Source of the DNA: a virus
Taxonomy: Duplodnaviria > Caudoviricetes
IMG/VR virus record: IMGVR_UViG_3300032144_000012
Location: 1-57,283 of that record
Direction: 5' to 3' (one strand)
Length of the DNA stretch: 57,283 bases
Part shown: one piece after another, positions 44,690 to 53,119 of the stretch
How the letters are laid out: every line of letters begins with the position of its first letter
How positions within the stretch are numbered: the stretch's first letter is position 1
Notes under the pieces: generated by a model
The model's database searches: none
Told to the model about the DNA's origin: nothing
Seen by the model: only the letters and a program-made list of their open reading frames with translations
Translations under genes and position numbers: made by a program

Positions 44690-45459
44690 TGACCCCTCGT
44701 GACCCGCGGAACTTCATCCGCGTCCACAACAACCTCCCCGACCACCCGAAGGTCGAGGTGCTCTCCGACGCAGCGTTCCGGCTGCTGATCGAGACGTGGT
44801 GCTGGTGCGACCGCAACCGGACCGACGGCTACGTGCCGGCCGCGTCATGGGCCCGCCGAGGTGCTGCGAAGGCGCGGCGGGAGCTCGTGGCGGTGGGCCT
44901 GGCGCACGAGGTCGAGGGCGGCGTGCAGATGCACGACTACACCGACCATCAGCGCTCACGTGCGGAGATGGAAGCGGTGTCCGCGAAGAACTCCGCGAAC
45001 GGCGCCAAGGGTGGACGTCCCCGCAAGAACCGAACCGATACCGAGGCGAAACCCAGTGGGTTATCGAGTGGCTTGCCAACTGGTATCGCTGACGAAAACC
45101 AAGAGGAAGAAGAAGAGAAAGAGGAAGAAAATACAAACCCCCAACTCGTCGTCGTCTGTCGTCTCACCAACCCCCACGGGTCACCCGACGACGACGAGAA
45201 GCTGATCCGCGGCTGGTCGAGGAAGTACCCCGCCGTCGACCTCGAAACCGAGGCCGACGCGTTCATCGAGCACAACCGATCCAAGGCGCCCGACAACCCG
45301 TCCGGAGCGTGGATCGGCTGGCTGCGCCGCAAGCAGTCCGAAGCCGTGACGTCGCTGACCGTCGTCGGCGAATGCCCGGATCACCCCGGCCACATCGCCA
45401 CCAACTGCGGTGGCTGCCGCGCGGACCGGCTCGCCGGCGAAGGGCGGGAGGCGTCGTGA
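44689..45459 (+). CDS. Putative replication initiator
   Basis: F.RV....DHPK..TDG.V..ELV..GL..MHDY..HQ; repetitive linker; C-terminal C..H..C..C. Confidence 0.7.
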   Translation: MTPRDPRNFIRVHNNLPDHPKVEVLSDAAFRLLIETWCWCDRNRTDGYVPAASWARRGAAKARRELVAVGLAHEVEGGVQMHDYTDHQRSRAEMEAVSAKNSANGAKGGRPRKNRTDTEAKPSGLSSGLPTGIADENQEEEEEKEEENTNPQLVVVCRLTNPHGSPDDDEKLIRGWSRKYPAVDLETEADAFIEHNRSKAPDNPSGAWIGWLRRKQSEAVTSLTVVGECPDHPGHIATNCGGCRADRLAGEGREAS

Positions 45460-45863
45460 AGCTCCCGATTAACCTCGCCGCGACCCGGCCCACGACGGAC
45501 GCCCTGCGCCTGGTCGAGATGGTCCGCGACGGCAACCACGCCCGGATCGACGAGTTCCTGTGGCACATCGACCGTGACGACCTGGAACTCCTGGCCGTGA
45601 TGCTCGCGGCGATGCTGCCCGGTGATGTGCACCCGCCGACCGCGATGCGGTGGGCGAAGACCCCGGCTTGGGACTGGCCAGTTGAGGTGCTGGTCGCCGA
45701 GTGCCGCCGGTTCGATGACGGCGACCGGGACGCCACGGCGGTCGCGGCGGCACGGCAGGTCGAGGCGCTCGCCGAGCAGTCCGAGGACCGTCACCGGTCC
45801 TGGCTGGAATCACGCCGCGCCGCGGTGACGAACGACCCGAACCGGATGCAGGGGGTGGCGTGA
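45456..45863 (+). CDS. Hypothetical protein
   Basis: GTGA coupling. Confidence 0.55.
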   Translation: MKLPINLAATRPTTDALRLVEMVRDGNHARIDEFLWHIDRDDLELLAVMLAAMLPGDVHPPTAMRWAKTPAWDWPVEVLVAECRRFDDGDRDATAVAAARQVEALAEQSEDRHRSWLESRRAAVTNDPNRMQGVA

Positions 45864-46093
45864 TGCAGCGCAGCGTCTCCCCGAACTGTCTCCAGGCCGG
45901 ACCCGTCGTTCCGGGCCGGGATCTGGGTGAGAGCCACGCGTTGTGCACGAGCTGCGGGTGCCCGTGCCACGACACGACGCGGGCGCCGGCGGGGTTCAAG
46001 GCGACGTTCGAGCAGGCGCGGCGTGAGGCGGAGGAGAAGCGCGCGGCGGAACTCGACGCGGTCCGGGCCGAGTGGGGCGGTGAGTCCGCATGA
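45860..46093 (+). CDS. Hypothetical Cys-rich protein
   Basis: C..H..C..C.C.CH; coupled. Confidence 0.5.
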   Translation: MMQRSVSPNCLQAGPVVPGRDLGESHALCTSCGCPCHDTTRAPAGFKATFEQARREAEEKRAAELDAVRAEWGGESA

Positions 46094-46443
46094 CCGCAAC
46101 CGCCGCCGCCCGGCCCGCCGCGCGGCCCTCAGCGCCGTTCAGGGCCCAGAGCGTGTTTGGGGCTGTCTCCGCCCCGGAGAGGGCCGCAGAATCGCCCACA
46201 GCGCTTGAGGCGATCGAGCACCTCGACTGGGAACCGGCCTGCGAGATCCGGGAGGGATACCCCGAGCAGGAGTGCGGCCGGACGCCCGTGACCCACCGGT
46301 TCGTCCCGGAGCCGTCCTGCGGGCACATGCTCCCGTTCCTGACGTGCAAGCCGCACACCGAGCTGTTGGACGACGGGCGCCCGGTGGAAGCGCAATGCCG
46401 CGAGTGCGGCGCCCTCGTGCAGTTCAAGGCGGTGCCGCTGTGA
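46090..46443 (+). CDS. Hypothetical Zn-ribbon-like protein
   Basis: Multiple Cys; coupled. Confidence 0.55.
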   Translation: MTATAAARPAARPSAPFRAQSVFGAVSAPERAAESPTALEAIEHLDWEPACEIREGYPEQECGRTPVTHRFVPEPSCGHMLPFLTCKPHTELLDDGRPVEAQCRECGALVQFKAVPL

Positions 46444-46670
46444 GCGCGTGCGAGGCGGGCCTGGTGGCTCACTGTCCGGTACCGGCGGTCATGAAGCTGG
46501 AGTTGATCTGCGAGTCGTGCGGGGCGTTCCGCAGCGCGGCGGCCTGCCAGGGTCACGCTGACGCCATCACGAGGTTCGCCGATGCGTGGGCGTTCTACCG
46601 GCCCCGGGAGGCTGGGCTGTTCTGCCCTCAGTGCGATGACCGCACCAAGCTCACGCGGGTGCCGCTGTGA
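46440..46670 (+). CDS. Hypothetical Zn-ribbon-like protein
   Basis: CxxC motifs; coupled. Confidence 0.55.
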   Translation: MSACEAGLVAHCPVPAVMKLELICESCGAFRSAAACQGHADAITRFADAWAFYRPREAGLFCPQCDDRTKLTRVPL

Positions 46671-46912
46671 CCGGGCTGCGGACGCCGAAGGGGCGGCCGG
46701 TTTTCATCTGCGGTGGTGACGACCGCCCAGGGCCCCGCGACACCTGCCCTGACCCGCTGCACGACTGGCCGCTCCCTGCCGGGTACGTGGACGCCGCGCA
46801 GGCTGCAGCTTCTCGCCTGAGTCGGGGCTGGGCGAACCGCCGATGCGGCAAGTGCGGCCTCTACGGGTGGGCGCCCGGCCGGATCGTTACCGAGAAGCGG
46901 GTGCCGCTATGA
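46667..46912 (+). CDS. Hypothetical protein
   Basis: C..H..CGKCGLY; coupled. Confidence 0.55.
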   Translation: MTGLRTPKGRPVFICGGDDRPGPRDTCPDPLHDWPLPAGYVDAAQAAASRLSRGWANRRCGKCGLYGWAPGRIVTEKRVPL

Positions 46913-47118
46913 GCATCATCCGCCGCCCCCGCCCGTCACCCCCACCGCGGTCACGTGAGGCCGTGGAGGCGGACATCACCGAGGCGCTCGACACGGCACG
47001 GATGTGGGACGCGACCCCCGGGGATGAGGCGCCCGCGTTGGCGGCTGCTGCTCGTGGCCGGATGGACCGCGGCCTGGACGAGTGGCCGCTGGTTCAGGCG
47101 TCGGGGGTGGACCGGTGA
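46909..47118 (+). CDS. Hypothetical protein
   Basis: ATGA coupling. Confidence 0.45.
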   Translation: MSIIRRPRPSPPPRSREAVEADITEALDTARMWDATPGDEAPALAAAARGRMDRGLDEWPLVQASGVDR

Positions 47119-47345
47119 GCGCGCTTCGCGGCGCGTTCCTCGCGGTCGGCCGCGGCCAGCCACCGCTTCCGCGTCTCGGCGTCCACTCGGGCGGCAGCCA
47201 CGGCGAAGGACCGACCCCAGGCAGACGGGTCGACGCCGTCCTCGCCCGCAGCCTCAAGGACGGCCTCGTGCTCGCCCGCGGTGTACCGGAACCGCGTCTC
47301 GTGGATGCGCGGGTCCTTCGCCTTGGGCCGTCCTCCTGGGCTCAT
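47094..47345 (-). CDS. Ribbon-helix-helix (MobC/CopG-like) DNA-binding protein
   Basis: GRPK....RFRYT..E...V..AA...G...S.W.R; -10 TATACT 7 nt upstream (leaderless). Confidence 0.7.
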   Translation of the reverse strand: MSPGGRPKAKDPRIHETRFRYTAGEHEAVLEAAGEDGVDPSAWGRSFAVAAARVDAETRKRWLAAADREERAAKRAHRSTPDA

Positions 47346-47440
47346 GCGGCCGAGTATAGCGTCCACGGGAATCTATCGACACGGGACAGTTGTGCGTCCA
47401 CGAGAACTCGGGTAGCGTTCCGATTGTCAGTCCACGAAAA
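47346..47440. promoter_or_regulatory. Divergent promoters with three GTCCACG sites
   Basis: Rightward TTGTGC-17-TAGCGT (47390-47418), leftward TATACT; GTCCACG at 47361, 47396 and 47430. Confidence 0.6.
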
Positions 47441-47501
47441 CCCTCGGCCGGGGTGGAGCTTGGGAAGGCGCCACCCCGGCCCCGACCAGCGGAGGAACCC
47501 C

Positions 47502-47732
47502 GTGGTCACCGAGATGATCCGCACCTCTCGAATCGCGCCAGGGACAGTGCTGGTCGACCCGAGCGGTACGCCGCACGCGGTGGCTCGGATCGAGCCCTAC
47601 GACGGGATGCTTCCCGACCTGATCCTCGGGATCGCGGTGTGTTCCGACGGGTACCGACAGGCCGTCACACGCGAGGGGCACGTTCGGGTGATGAGCCCCC
47701 CGTCCGCCCCCAACCCGGAGGAGTCCCGGTGA
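47502..47732 (+). CDS. Hypothetical protein
   Basis: GGAGGA RBS. Confidence 0.55.
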   Translation: MVTEMIRTSRIAPGTVLVDPSGTPHAVARIEPYDGMLPDLILGIAVCSDGYRQAVTREGHVRVMSPPSAPNPEESR

Positions 47733-48082
47733 GCCAGCCCACGGGTAGTTCGGTGTTCGTCGATCGGTTCTACGAGATGGACCCCGAGTTCGAGGATCTC
47801 CTCAGCGGTCGTGACCTCAAGGACGGCATGGTCGTCCTGATCGAGGACTACATGCTGCGCGGCGACCCTGAGCATCTGGGCTCGGATAACCGGTACGAGC
47901 AGGCCCGGATCCGCGAGACGAACCGCTGGTGCACCGTCACAAACGTCCGGCTCACGTACGGCCAGTACCCGTGCGTGACGTTCTTCGCGGTCTACGCCGA
48001 CGGGACGAAGCGAAAGCGCATGTACGCCCAGGAGTACGCGTGGATCGTGAAGCTCGACAGCATCCCGGAGGAGTCCCGGTGA
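47729..48082 (+). CDS. Hypothetical protein
   Basis: Flanked by a 19-bp direct repeat that carries the RBS. Confidence 0.6.
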   Translation: MSQPTGSSVFVDRFYEMDPEFEDLLSGRDLKDGMVVLIEDYMLRGDPEHLGSDNRYEQARIRETNRWCTVTNVRLTYGQYPCVTFFAVYADGTKRKRMYAQEYAWIVKLDSIPEESR

Positions 48083-48327
48083 CCGCCCCGAAGGACCTGA
48101 TCACCACCGTCGAGGACGCGGATGCCGCCGTCATCGGGACCATCGCCCTGAATCGCGATCGGTCGCACGTGTGGCAGAAGACCGGCCGCAAGCACTCGTC
48201 GTGGGAGTCGCTGACGGGTGGCGGCCACACCTTCACGTCGGCGTTCGTCCACCACGAGGGGCCGCTGGTCGTGATCGGCAACATTCGCAACCCGTTCGCT
48301 GCCGAGGCCGACGGGAGCGACTCGTGA
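48079..48327 (+). CDS. Hypothetical protein
   Basis: GTGA coupling. Confidence 0.55.
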   Translation: MTAPKDLITTVEDADAAVIGTIALNRDRSHVWQKTGRKHSSWESLTGGGHTFTSAFVHHEGPLVVIGNIRNPFAAEADGSDS

Positions 48328-48560
48328 GCGACTTCACCGTAGGCACCTGGGTCATCTACACGTGGGACAACGGCTACCACCTGCGGTCGGTGTATGAGAC
48401 CGCTGAGAAGGCGGTCCGAGCGTGCGACTTCGGCGGGGAGGCGATCGTGTTCCTCCGCTACGGGCAGGACATGGAAGAGGCCGTCCGGTGGCAGCGCGGC
48501 GACAAGGCCGCAACCCCCGTCCCCGCCCCGTCCACCACCGACCAGCAGGGGAGGCCGTGA
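48324..48560 (+). CDS. Hypothetical protein
   Basis: GTGA coupling. Confidence 0.5.
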   Translation: MSDFTVGTWVIYTWDNGYHLRSVYETAEKAVRACDFGGEAIVFLRYGQDMEEAVRWQRGDKAATPVPAPSTTDQQGRP

Positions 48561-48883
48561 TGGCCCGCTTCTTGTTGCAGATCACCGAGGCGAACCACGA
48601 CGAGAACGAGTTCTTCACCCTCGGCGGAGCCGGGTTCGACACCGAGGCCGAGCGCGCCGCCAACCTCTCGCGGATCCCGCGGATCGACCCGAGCCATTCC
48701 TGCGAGGACCCCGCCGTGCCCCGGTGCTACATCGTGGACGTCCTGGACCCGGACGGCTTCTCGATCGTCGACAACATCGAGGTGTCCGAGCAGACCGCGC
48801 ACGAACTGCTCGGGGTCGACGACTTCGAGCCGCTCCGCGCTGGCGAGCGGGCGATGTTTGCGGCACTGGCGGCGGTCTCGTGA
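48560..48883 (+). CDS. Hypothetical acidic protein
   Basis: GGAGG RBS; coupled. Confidence 0.55.
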   Translation: MARFLLQITEANHDENEFFTLGGAGFDTEAERAANLSRIPRIDPSHSCEDPAVPRCYIVDVLDPDGFSIVDNIEVSEQTAHELLGVDDFEPLRAGERAMFAALAAVS

Positions 48884-49065
48884 TGGCCGGCGCGTACGAC
48901 GAACCGGCGGTCCGGGCGGCGATCATCGCGGAGACGCGCAAGGAAACCTGCCTGGACTGCGACCACCTCGTCGCCGAGTGCGTGTGCATGGTCGAGTGCG
49001 TGGAGTGCGGGACGTTCGTCCCCTCGCGCGGCACCCTCGACTGCGCGTGCTGGGGCGCATCGTGA
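48883..49065 (+). CDS. Small Cys-rich protein
   Basis: CxxC..CxC..CxxC..CxC. Confidence 0.5.
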   Translation: MAGAYDEPAVRAAIIAETRKETCLDCDHLVAECVCMVECVECGTFVPSRGTLDCACWGAS

Positions 49066-49532
49066 GCCGGGTCCGCACCTCGTGCGCGCACTGCGCCGCC
49101 CGCGCCCCCAAGCGCATCTCCTGGGGCGAGGCGATGGACTGGGTCCAGGAGCACGCCAAGCGGAGCCCCGGCCACGAACCGGAGGGAGAGCTGCGCAGGT
49201 GGTTCTCGACGGTCGAGACTTTCCGCAGCTTCACGAGGCCCTCGTTCTCCTTCACGGCGACCGAGCCGGGCGTGTACGTCGCGGACGTCGTTGGTGGTCA
49301 AGTCCAGGGCCCGTCGGGTCCGGTGCCCGTGGAGTGGGACGGCCCGGGGCCGGGTGACGTGGTCGAAGGCGTGGAGGTCTACCCGTTCCACCGCTCTTAC
49401 CCGGGCCTCCCGGACCTGTTCCACGTCAGGTGCGAGGAGCACGGCCCGATCTTCGGGTGCGAGCCGTGGGGCGAGGCACAGGAGCTTCGGGCGAAGCACA
49501 TCCGCGAGACGCACCGGGCGGTGTCCTCGTGA
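49062..49532 (+). CDS. Hypothetical protein
   Basis: GTGA coupling. Confidence 0.5.
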   Translation: MSRVRTSCAHCAARAPKRISWGEAMDWVQEHAKRSPGHEPEGELRRWFSTVETFRSFTRPSFSFTATEPGVYVADVVGGQVQGPSGPVPVEWDGPGPGDVVEGVEVYPFHRSYPGLPDLFHVRCEEHGPIFGCEPWGEAQELRAKHIRETHRAVSS

Positions 49533-49780
49533 CCGCCCTGTCCCCGGCTCGTCGTGCCGCGCTGGAGGCCGTCCGGGACGGGCGGGTGGAGTTCCACCGC
49601 CGCATGCAGTGGGCGGGACAGGCGTGGAAGGTCGACGGTCACGTCGTCTCACCGTTGGACCTGCGCGCCCTACTCGACGCAGGGCTGATCGCCATTGACG
49701 ACGACCACGAGTCGCGTCTCAGCAACTCGTGGTTGACCCCTGCGGGGGAGAAGGCCCTCACGGGCGAGGAGGAGAAGTGA
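49529..49780 (+). CDS. Small winged-helix-like protein
   Basis: LS.AR..AL..L..LL.AGLI..LT.AG..AL pattern. Confidence 0.5.
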   Translation: MTALSPARRAALEAVRDGRVEFHRRMQWAGQAWKVDGHVVSPLDLRALLDAGLIAIDDDHESRLSNSWLTPAGEKALTGEEEK

Positions 49781-50109
49781 GCAGCAACAGCAAGGGTCCC
49801 GCGATCTACGCCGAGTCGGTGGTCGAGCTGGTCCAGCGAGGCATCGACATCGGCGAGAACGGGACTGCGGCCGACTACACCGCGACCGGCATCGTCGCGG
49901 CCCGCCTGAATGGCCTCGGCCGCCCCCTGAAGTTGGCGACGCCGCTGCCGGACCGTGACGCGCTGGTGGCGTCGATCCTCGCGGCGCGCTTCCCCGGTGA
50001 CCTCGGCGAGCCGCCCGGCCCGGTCCTCGGCCCGACCGACGGCCACTCGACGCGGGTGGCGGGCCTGATCGCCGACCAGATCCTCGCCGACGCGGGGGTG
50101 TCCCGGTGA
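49777..50109 (+). CDS. Hypothetical protein
   Basis: GTGA coupling. Confidence 0.5.
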   Translation: MSSNSKGPAIYAESVVELVQRGIDIGENGTAADYTATGIVAARLNGLGRPLKLATPLPDRDALVASILAARFPGDLGEPPGPVLGPTDGHSTRVAGLIADQILADAGVSR

Positions 50110-50306
50110 CCGCGCACCCGAAGGACCGGTTCTTCGTCGCCCGCTGCTACGGCGTCCTCGGCGTCGCCTACTGGGTGGACGACCTCCACTGCTACCGGTA
50201 CCACCGCACGGAGACCCTGCCGGGCGCGGGGTGGATCCCGGTCTCGCCGTCTCAGATCGAGTACGTGTCCGATCTTCCAGGGAACCCGACGGCGGTGTCC
50301 CGGTGA
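50106..50306 (+). CDS. Hypothetical protein
   Basis: GTGA coupling. Confidence 0.5.
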   Translation: MTAHPKDRFFVARCYGVLGVAYWVDDLHCYRYHRTETLPGAGWIPVSPSQIEYVSDLPGNPTAVSR

Positions 50307-50434
50307 CCCGCCTGGAGATCCGCGCCTGCTGGGTCGAGATGGCTCGACGGCGCCCCCCGGTCGCGACCCGGCGTCCCGATGAGGAGCAGCGGCTTCGCGG
50401 TCTCGCGCTCTGGGTGGCGGGGGTGTCCCGGTGA
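50303..50434 (+). CDS. Small hypothetical protein
   Basis: GTGA coupling. Confidence 0.4.
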   Translation: MTRLEIRACWVEMARRRPPVATRRPDEEQRLRGLALWVAGVSR

Positions 50435-51015
50435 CGGCCCCGCTGGGTGCAGAGCGCCTGGAGGCGATCCGGCGCGAGCGTCTCCGTACCCGATTCTGGG
50501 CGCGAGTGGACGCGTCAGGTGAGTGCTGGACCTGGTTGGGCACCATAAGGGATGGGTACGGCTACATCAGTATCGGCACGACCAACCATCGCGCCCACCG
50601 CCTTCTGTGGGAGTCCATTCACGGACCCACTCCGGAGGGGCTGGTCCTGGACCACCTCTGTAGGCGCCGCGACTGTGTACGCCCGGACCACCTTGAACTC
50701 GTGACCAACCACGAGAACGTCCTCCGGGGCGTGGGCATCTCGGCAGAGAACGCCCGCAAAGAGTTCTGCGCGAACGGTCACCCGTTCGATACCGCCAACA
50801 CCCGCATAGAGCTCCGCAACGACGGCCGGAGAAAGCGAAGGTGTCGGGCATGTTCTCGCGATAAGACGGCTCGGTATCGCGCAAGCAAGGCGTCCTGCCC
50901 CGGGTGCGGCATCGAGCTCAGCAAGCGGGCGCTCCCGGATCACCGGAGATCGATGCACCCCGAAAGCCAGGCCGCTGCGCTCGGCCTGGACGTCGAGGCG
51001 GGTGAGCCTCGGTGA
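50431..51015 (+). CDS. HNH homing endonuclease (His-Cys type)
   Basis: RFW..V..CW.W.G..GYG..AHR..DHLC....CV.PDHL..N; C..GH..R.C..C. Confidence 0.88.
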   Translation: MTAPLGAERLEAIRRERLRTRFWARVDASGECWTWLGTIRDGYGYISIGTTNHRAHRLLWESIHGPTPEGLVLDHLCRRRDCVRPDHLELVTNHENVLRGVGISAENARKEFCANGHPFDTANTRIELRNDGRRKRRCRACSRDKTARYRASKASCPGCGIELSKRALPDHRRSMHPESQAAALGLDVEAGEPR

Positions 51016-51395
51016 CGGTCTACGTGGACGACATGTGCGTCCCCGCCGAGGTCCCGAACGGGAAGCGCGTCGTCCGGGGTCGCTGGTCGCACCTGATGGC
51101 CGACACCAGCGAGGAACTCCGAGAGTTCGCCGCCCGCCTCGGGCTGCGACCGGAGTGGATCCAGAAGCCCGGCACCCCGATCGAGCACTTCGATGTCACG
51201 GCAGCGAAGCGTGCCCGCGCCCTCCTGCTCGGCGCGGTCCCGATCGCCTACGGACCGTCCGAGGGCGGCGTGTTGTCGTGGGCGAAGCGTGTGGGTGTCC
51301 CGTTCGATCTGGAGTTGGTCCGTTCCGACCGGGACGCGTTCATGGCGCGCATCTGGGCTGCGGAGGACGCGCGGAAGGCGGGTGAGTCCCGGTGA
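51012..51395 (+). CDS. DUF4031-family protein
   Basis: MTVYVDD..WSHLMAD..EL..FA..LG....W.Q..HFDV. Confidence 0.85.
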   Translation: MTVYVDDMCVPAEVPNGKRVVRGRWSHLMADTSEELREFAARLGLRPEWIQKPGTPIEHFDVTAAKRARALLLGAVPIAYGPSEGGVLSWAKRVGVPFDLELVRSDRDAFMARIWAAEDARKAGESR

Positions 51396-51664
51396 CGGAG
51401 AAGCGCGGCGGCTGCCACGTGACCCATGCGAGCGACGGCACCCCGATCCGTGTCCAGGGCTCCATCGATCAGCCAGCGTTGGACGCGCTGGCCGCCGCCG
51501 TGAAGGCCTACCAGGCGTCTCGGTGCAAGCACGAAGGACCACACCAGATGCCGGAGATCGCGCAGAAGATCCACGGGCGTCGCGGTTACGTGTGCGAGCT
51601 CGACGCGGGGCACGAGGGCTTGCACCGGTGGGCCGCTCTGACGTGGGCAGGTGAGTCCGGGTGA
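51392..51664 (+). CDS. Hypothetical protein
   Basis: C.L..GH.G.H motif; coupled. Confidence 0.5.
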   Translation: MTEKRGGCHVTHASDGTPIRVQGSIDQPALDALAAAVKAYQASRCKHEGPHQMPEIAQKIHGRRGYVCELDAGHEGLHRWAALTWAGESG

Positions 51665-51873
51665 GCGAGTCGAATATGACGAAGCAACGGATGGTCGCCG
51701 CGGACGCACTGCGCGGGCATCCCGTGGGGACGCAGGTCAGGGATTGCCTCGGGGTGACTTGGACGAAGACCGGCCCCGACCTGTGGGCGGCTCCCGGCGA
51801 GCGTGACCTGAGGTCCGGTTCGCTTTCCTACGGCAGCCCGGTCGTGGTCGAGGTGGTCCCCGATGCTGGCTGA
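51661..51873 (+). CDS. Hypothetical protein
   Basis: PVGTQVRD..G.TWTK motif. Confidence 0.5.
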   Translation: MSESNMTKQRMVAADALRGHPVGTQVRDCLGVTWTKTGPDLWAAPGERDLRSGSLSYGSPVVVEVVPDAG

Positions 51874-52300
51874 CGACACCGCCGTGCAGGTGCTCACCGT
51901 CCACCGGTCGGCGCGCACCCCCGGCCAGGACGAGTACACGTGCGTGGCTCCCGGCTGCGGGTGGGCGTTCCAACGGGGAGACCAGACCGTCGTCGAGTTC
52001 GTGACGGAGATGCAGGCAGCGTTCGCCCGCCACCTGATCGAGCAGCTGGCCGCGGCCCGGGTGCCCCCGACGTTGGAGCCGCCCCTAGTGGATGAGGGCC
52101 TGCGCAGCCCGCACGTCGTGGCGTGGCTCGCGCAGGACCGCGACCAGCAACGCCGCGCCGAGCGCGAGCGGATCGCCTCAGACATCGACGCGTCCTGGGC
52201 CGACCCGATGGGCCAGTGGGACGCGAACCAGGCACGGGCTGCCTCAGCAGCCAAGGCCCTCGCCGCCCGAATCGCGAGGAAGGAGCCCGACCGTGGCTGA
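51863..52300 (+). CDS. Hypothetical protein
   Basis: GAGGTGG RBS; ORF. Confidence 0.5.
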   Translation: MLADDTAVQVLTVHRSARTPGQDEYTCVAPGCGWAFQRGDQTVVEFVTEMQAAFARHLIEQLAAARVPPTLEPPLVDEGLRSPHVVAWLAQDRDQQRRAERERIASDIDASWADPMGQWDANQARAASAAKALAARIARKEPDRG

Positions 52301-52817
52301 TGAGGTCACCGAGGAGTGGCTGGCGCAGGTCGACGCCGACGCCACCACCGTCCGGGACGGGTGGGCGCGGGACGTGGTGCCCAAGCTGACCGCCGAGATC
52401 CGCCGGCTGTGGGCCGAGGTGGACATGGTGGCGGACCGAGCGGCTCGCGCCATAGTCCAGATGGGCGCCGCCCAGCGTTCCGAGTTGGTGGAATTCCGCC
52501 CCGTCGGGTGGGCGTCCCTCGTCGCCGAGGACGACGGCAGTTTCACGATGGGCTCGCTGCTGACGGCTGAGGACAAGGAACGACTGTCCGGCGCGCCGTG
52601 GCGGAAGTTCCACGAGGTGTTCGTCCGGGACGTCCCCGAACTCGGTGACGAGGCCGCGCAGGCGCAGCACTACGCGGACACGGTCGCGCGGAACCGGACG
52701 CCTGCTGAGGTGGCAGCTGCTCGTGCCGCGGCCCGGAGGATGTTCGGCCAACCCCTGTTGGAACCCGCCGCCGAACCTCCTACCGAACCCGGCCCCGAGT
52801 TGGAGCGAGAAGCGTGA
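52293..52817 (+). CDS. Hypothetical protein
   Basis: AAGGAG RBS; P.L.AEIRRL motif. Confidence 0.55.
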   Translation: MADEVTEEWLAQVDADATTVRDGWARDVVPKLTAEIRRLWAEVDMVADRAARAIVQMGAAQRSELVEFRPVGWASLVAEDDGSFTMGSLLTAEDKERLSGAPWRKFHEVFVRDVPELGDEAAQAQHYADTVARNRTPAEVAAARAAARRMFGQPLLEPAAEPPTEPGPELEREA

Positions 52818-53119
52818 ACGTCACGAAGGTCGAGCGGACGCACCGCAGCTTCGTCTGCCCCGTTGAGTGGGCCCACGGCCAGCAGGTTTACCCCGGTGAC
52901 CCGTCGGTCGTGGTGACGCTGTTCCCTAACGAGTCGGACGTGGCCCGCGATGCCGGCCACCCGGTGCGGCTGCGGGTGTGCTCGCAGTGCGGCGACCTCA
53001 ACGTGCACGAGTACCGCGAGATCCTGGACGGCGAGGAGGAGCGCCTGCGCTTCCCGCGGCTGCCGTCCACGTCCGACCTGCTCGCCTGGGCCCAGGCCCG
53101 CCGGGACGGTGCCGCGTGA
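52814..53119 (+). CDS. Hypothetical protein
   Basis: GTGA coupling; CxxC. Confidence 0.5.
   Translation: MNVTKVERTHRSFVCPVEWAHGQQVYPGDPSVVVTLFPNESDVARDAGHPVRLRVCSQCGDLNVHEYREILDGEEERLRFPRLPSTSDLLAWAQARRDGAA

Noticed and set aside
47082-47501. 5' extension of plus-strand ORF 47082-47732
   Set aside because: It overlaps the better-supported minus-strand RHH gene and the promoter region; the RBS supports a start at 47502.
47714-50435. Direct repeats as a CRISPR array or integron attC sites
   Set aside because: The spacers are whole genes of variable length and the repeats are RBS/start-stop junctions without attC-like palindromes.
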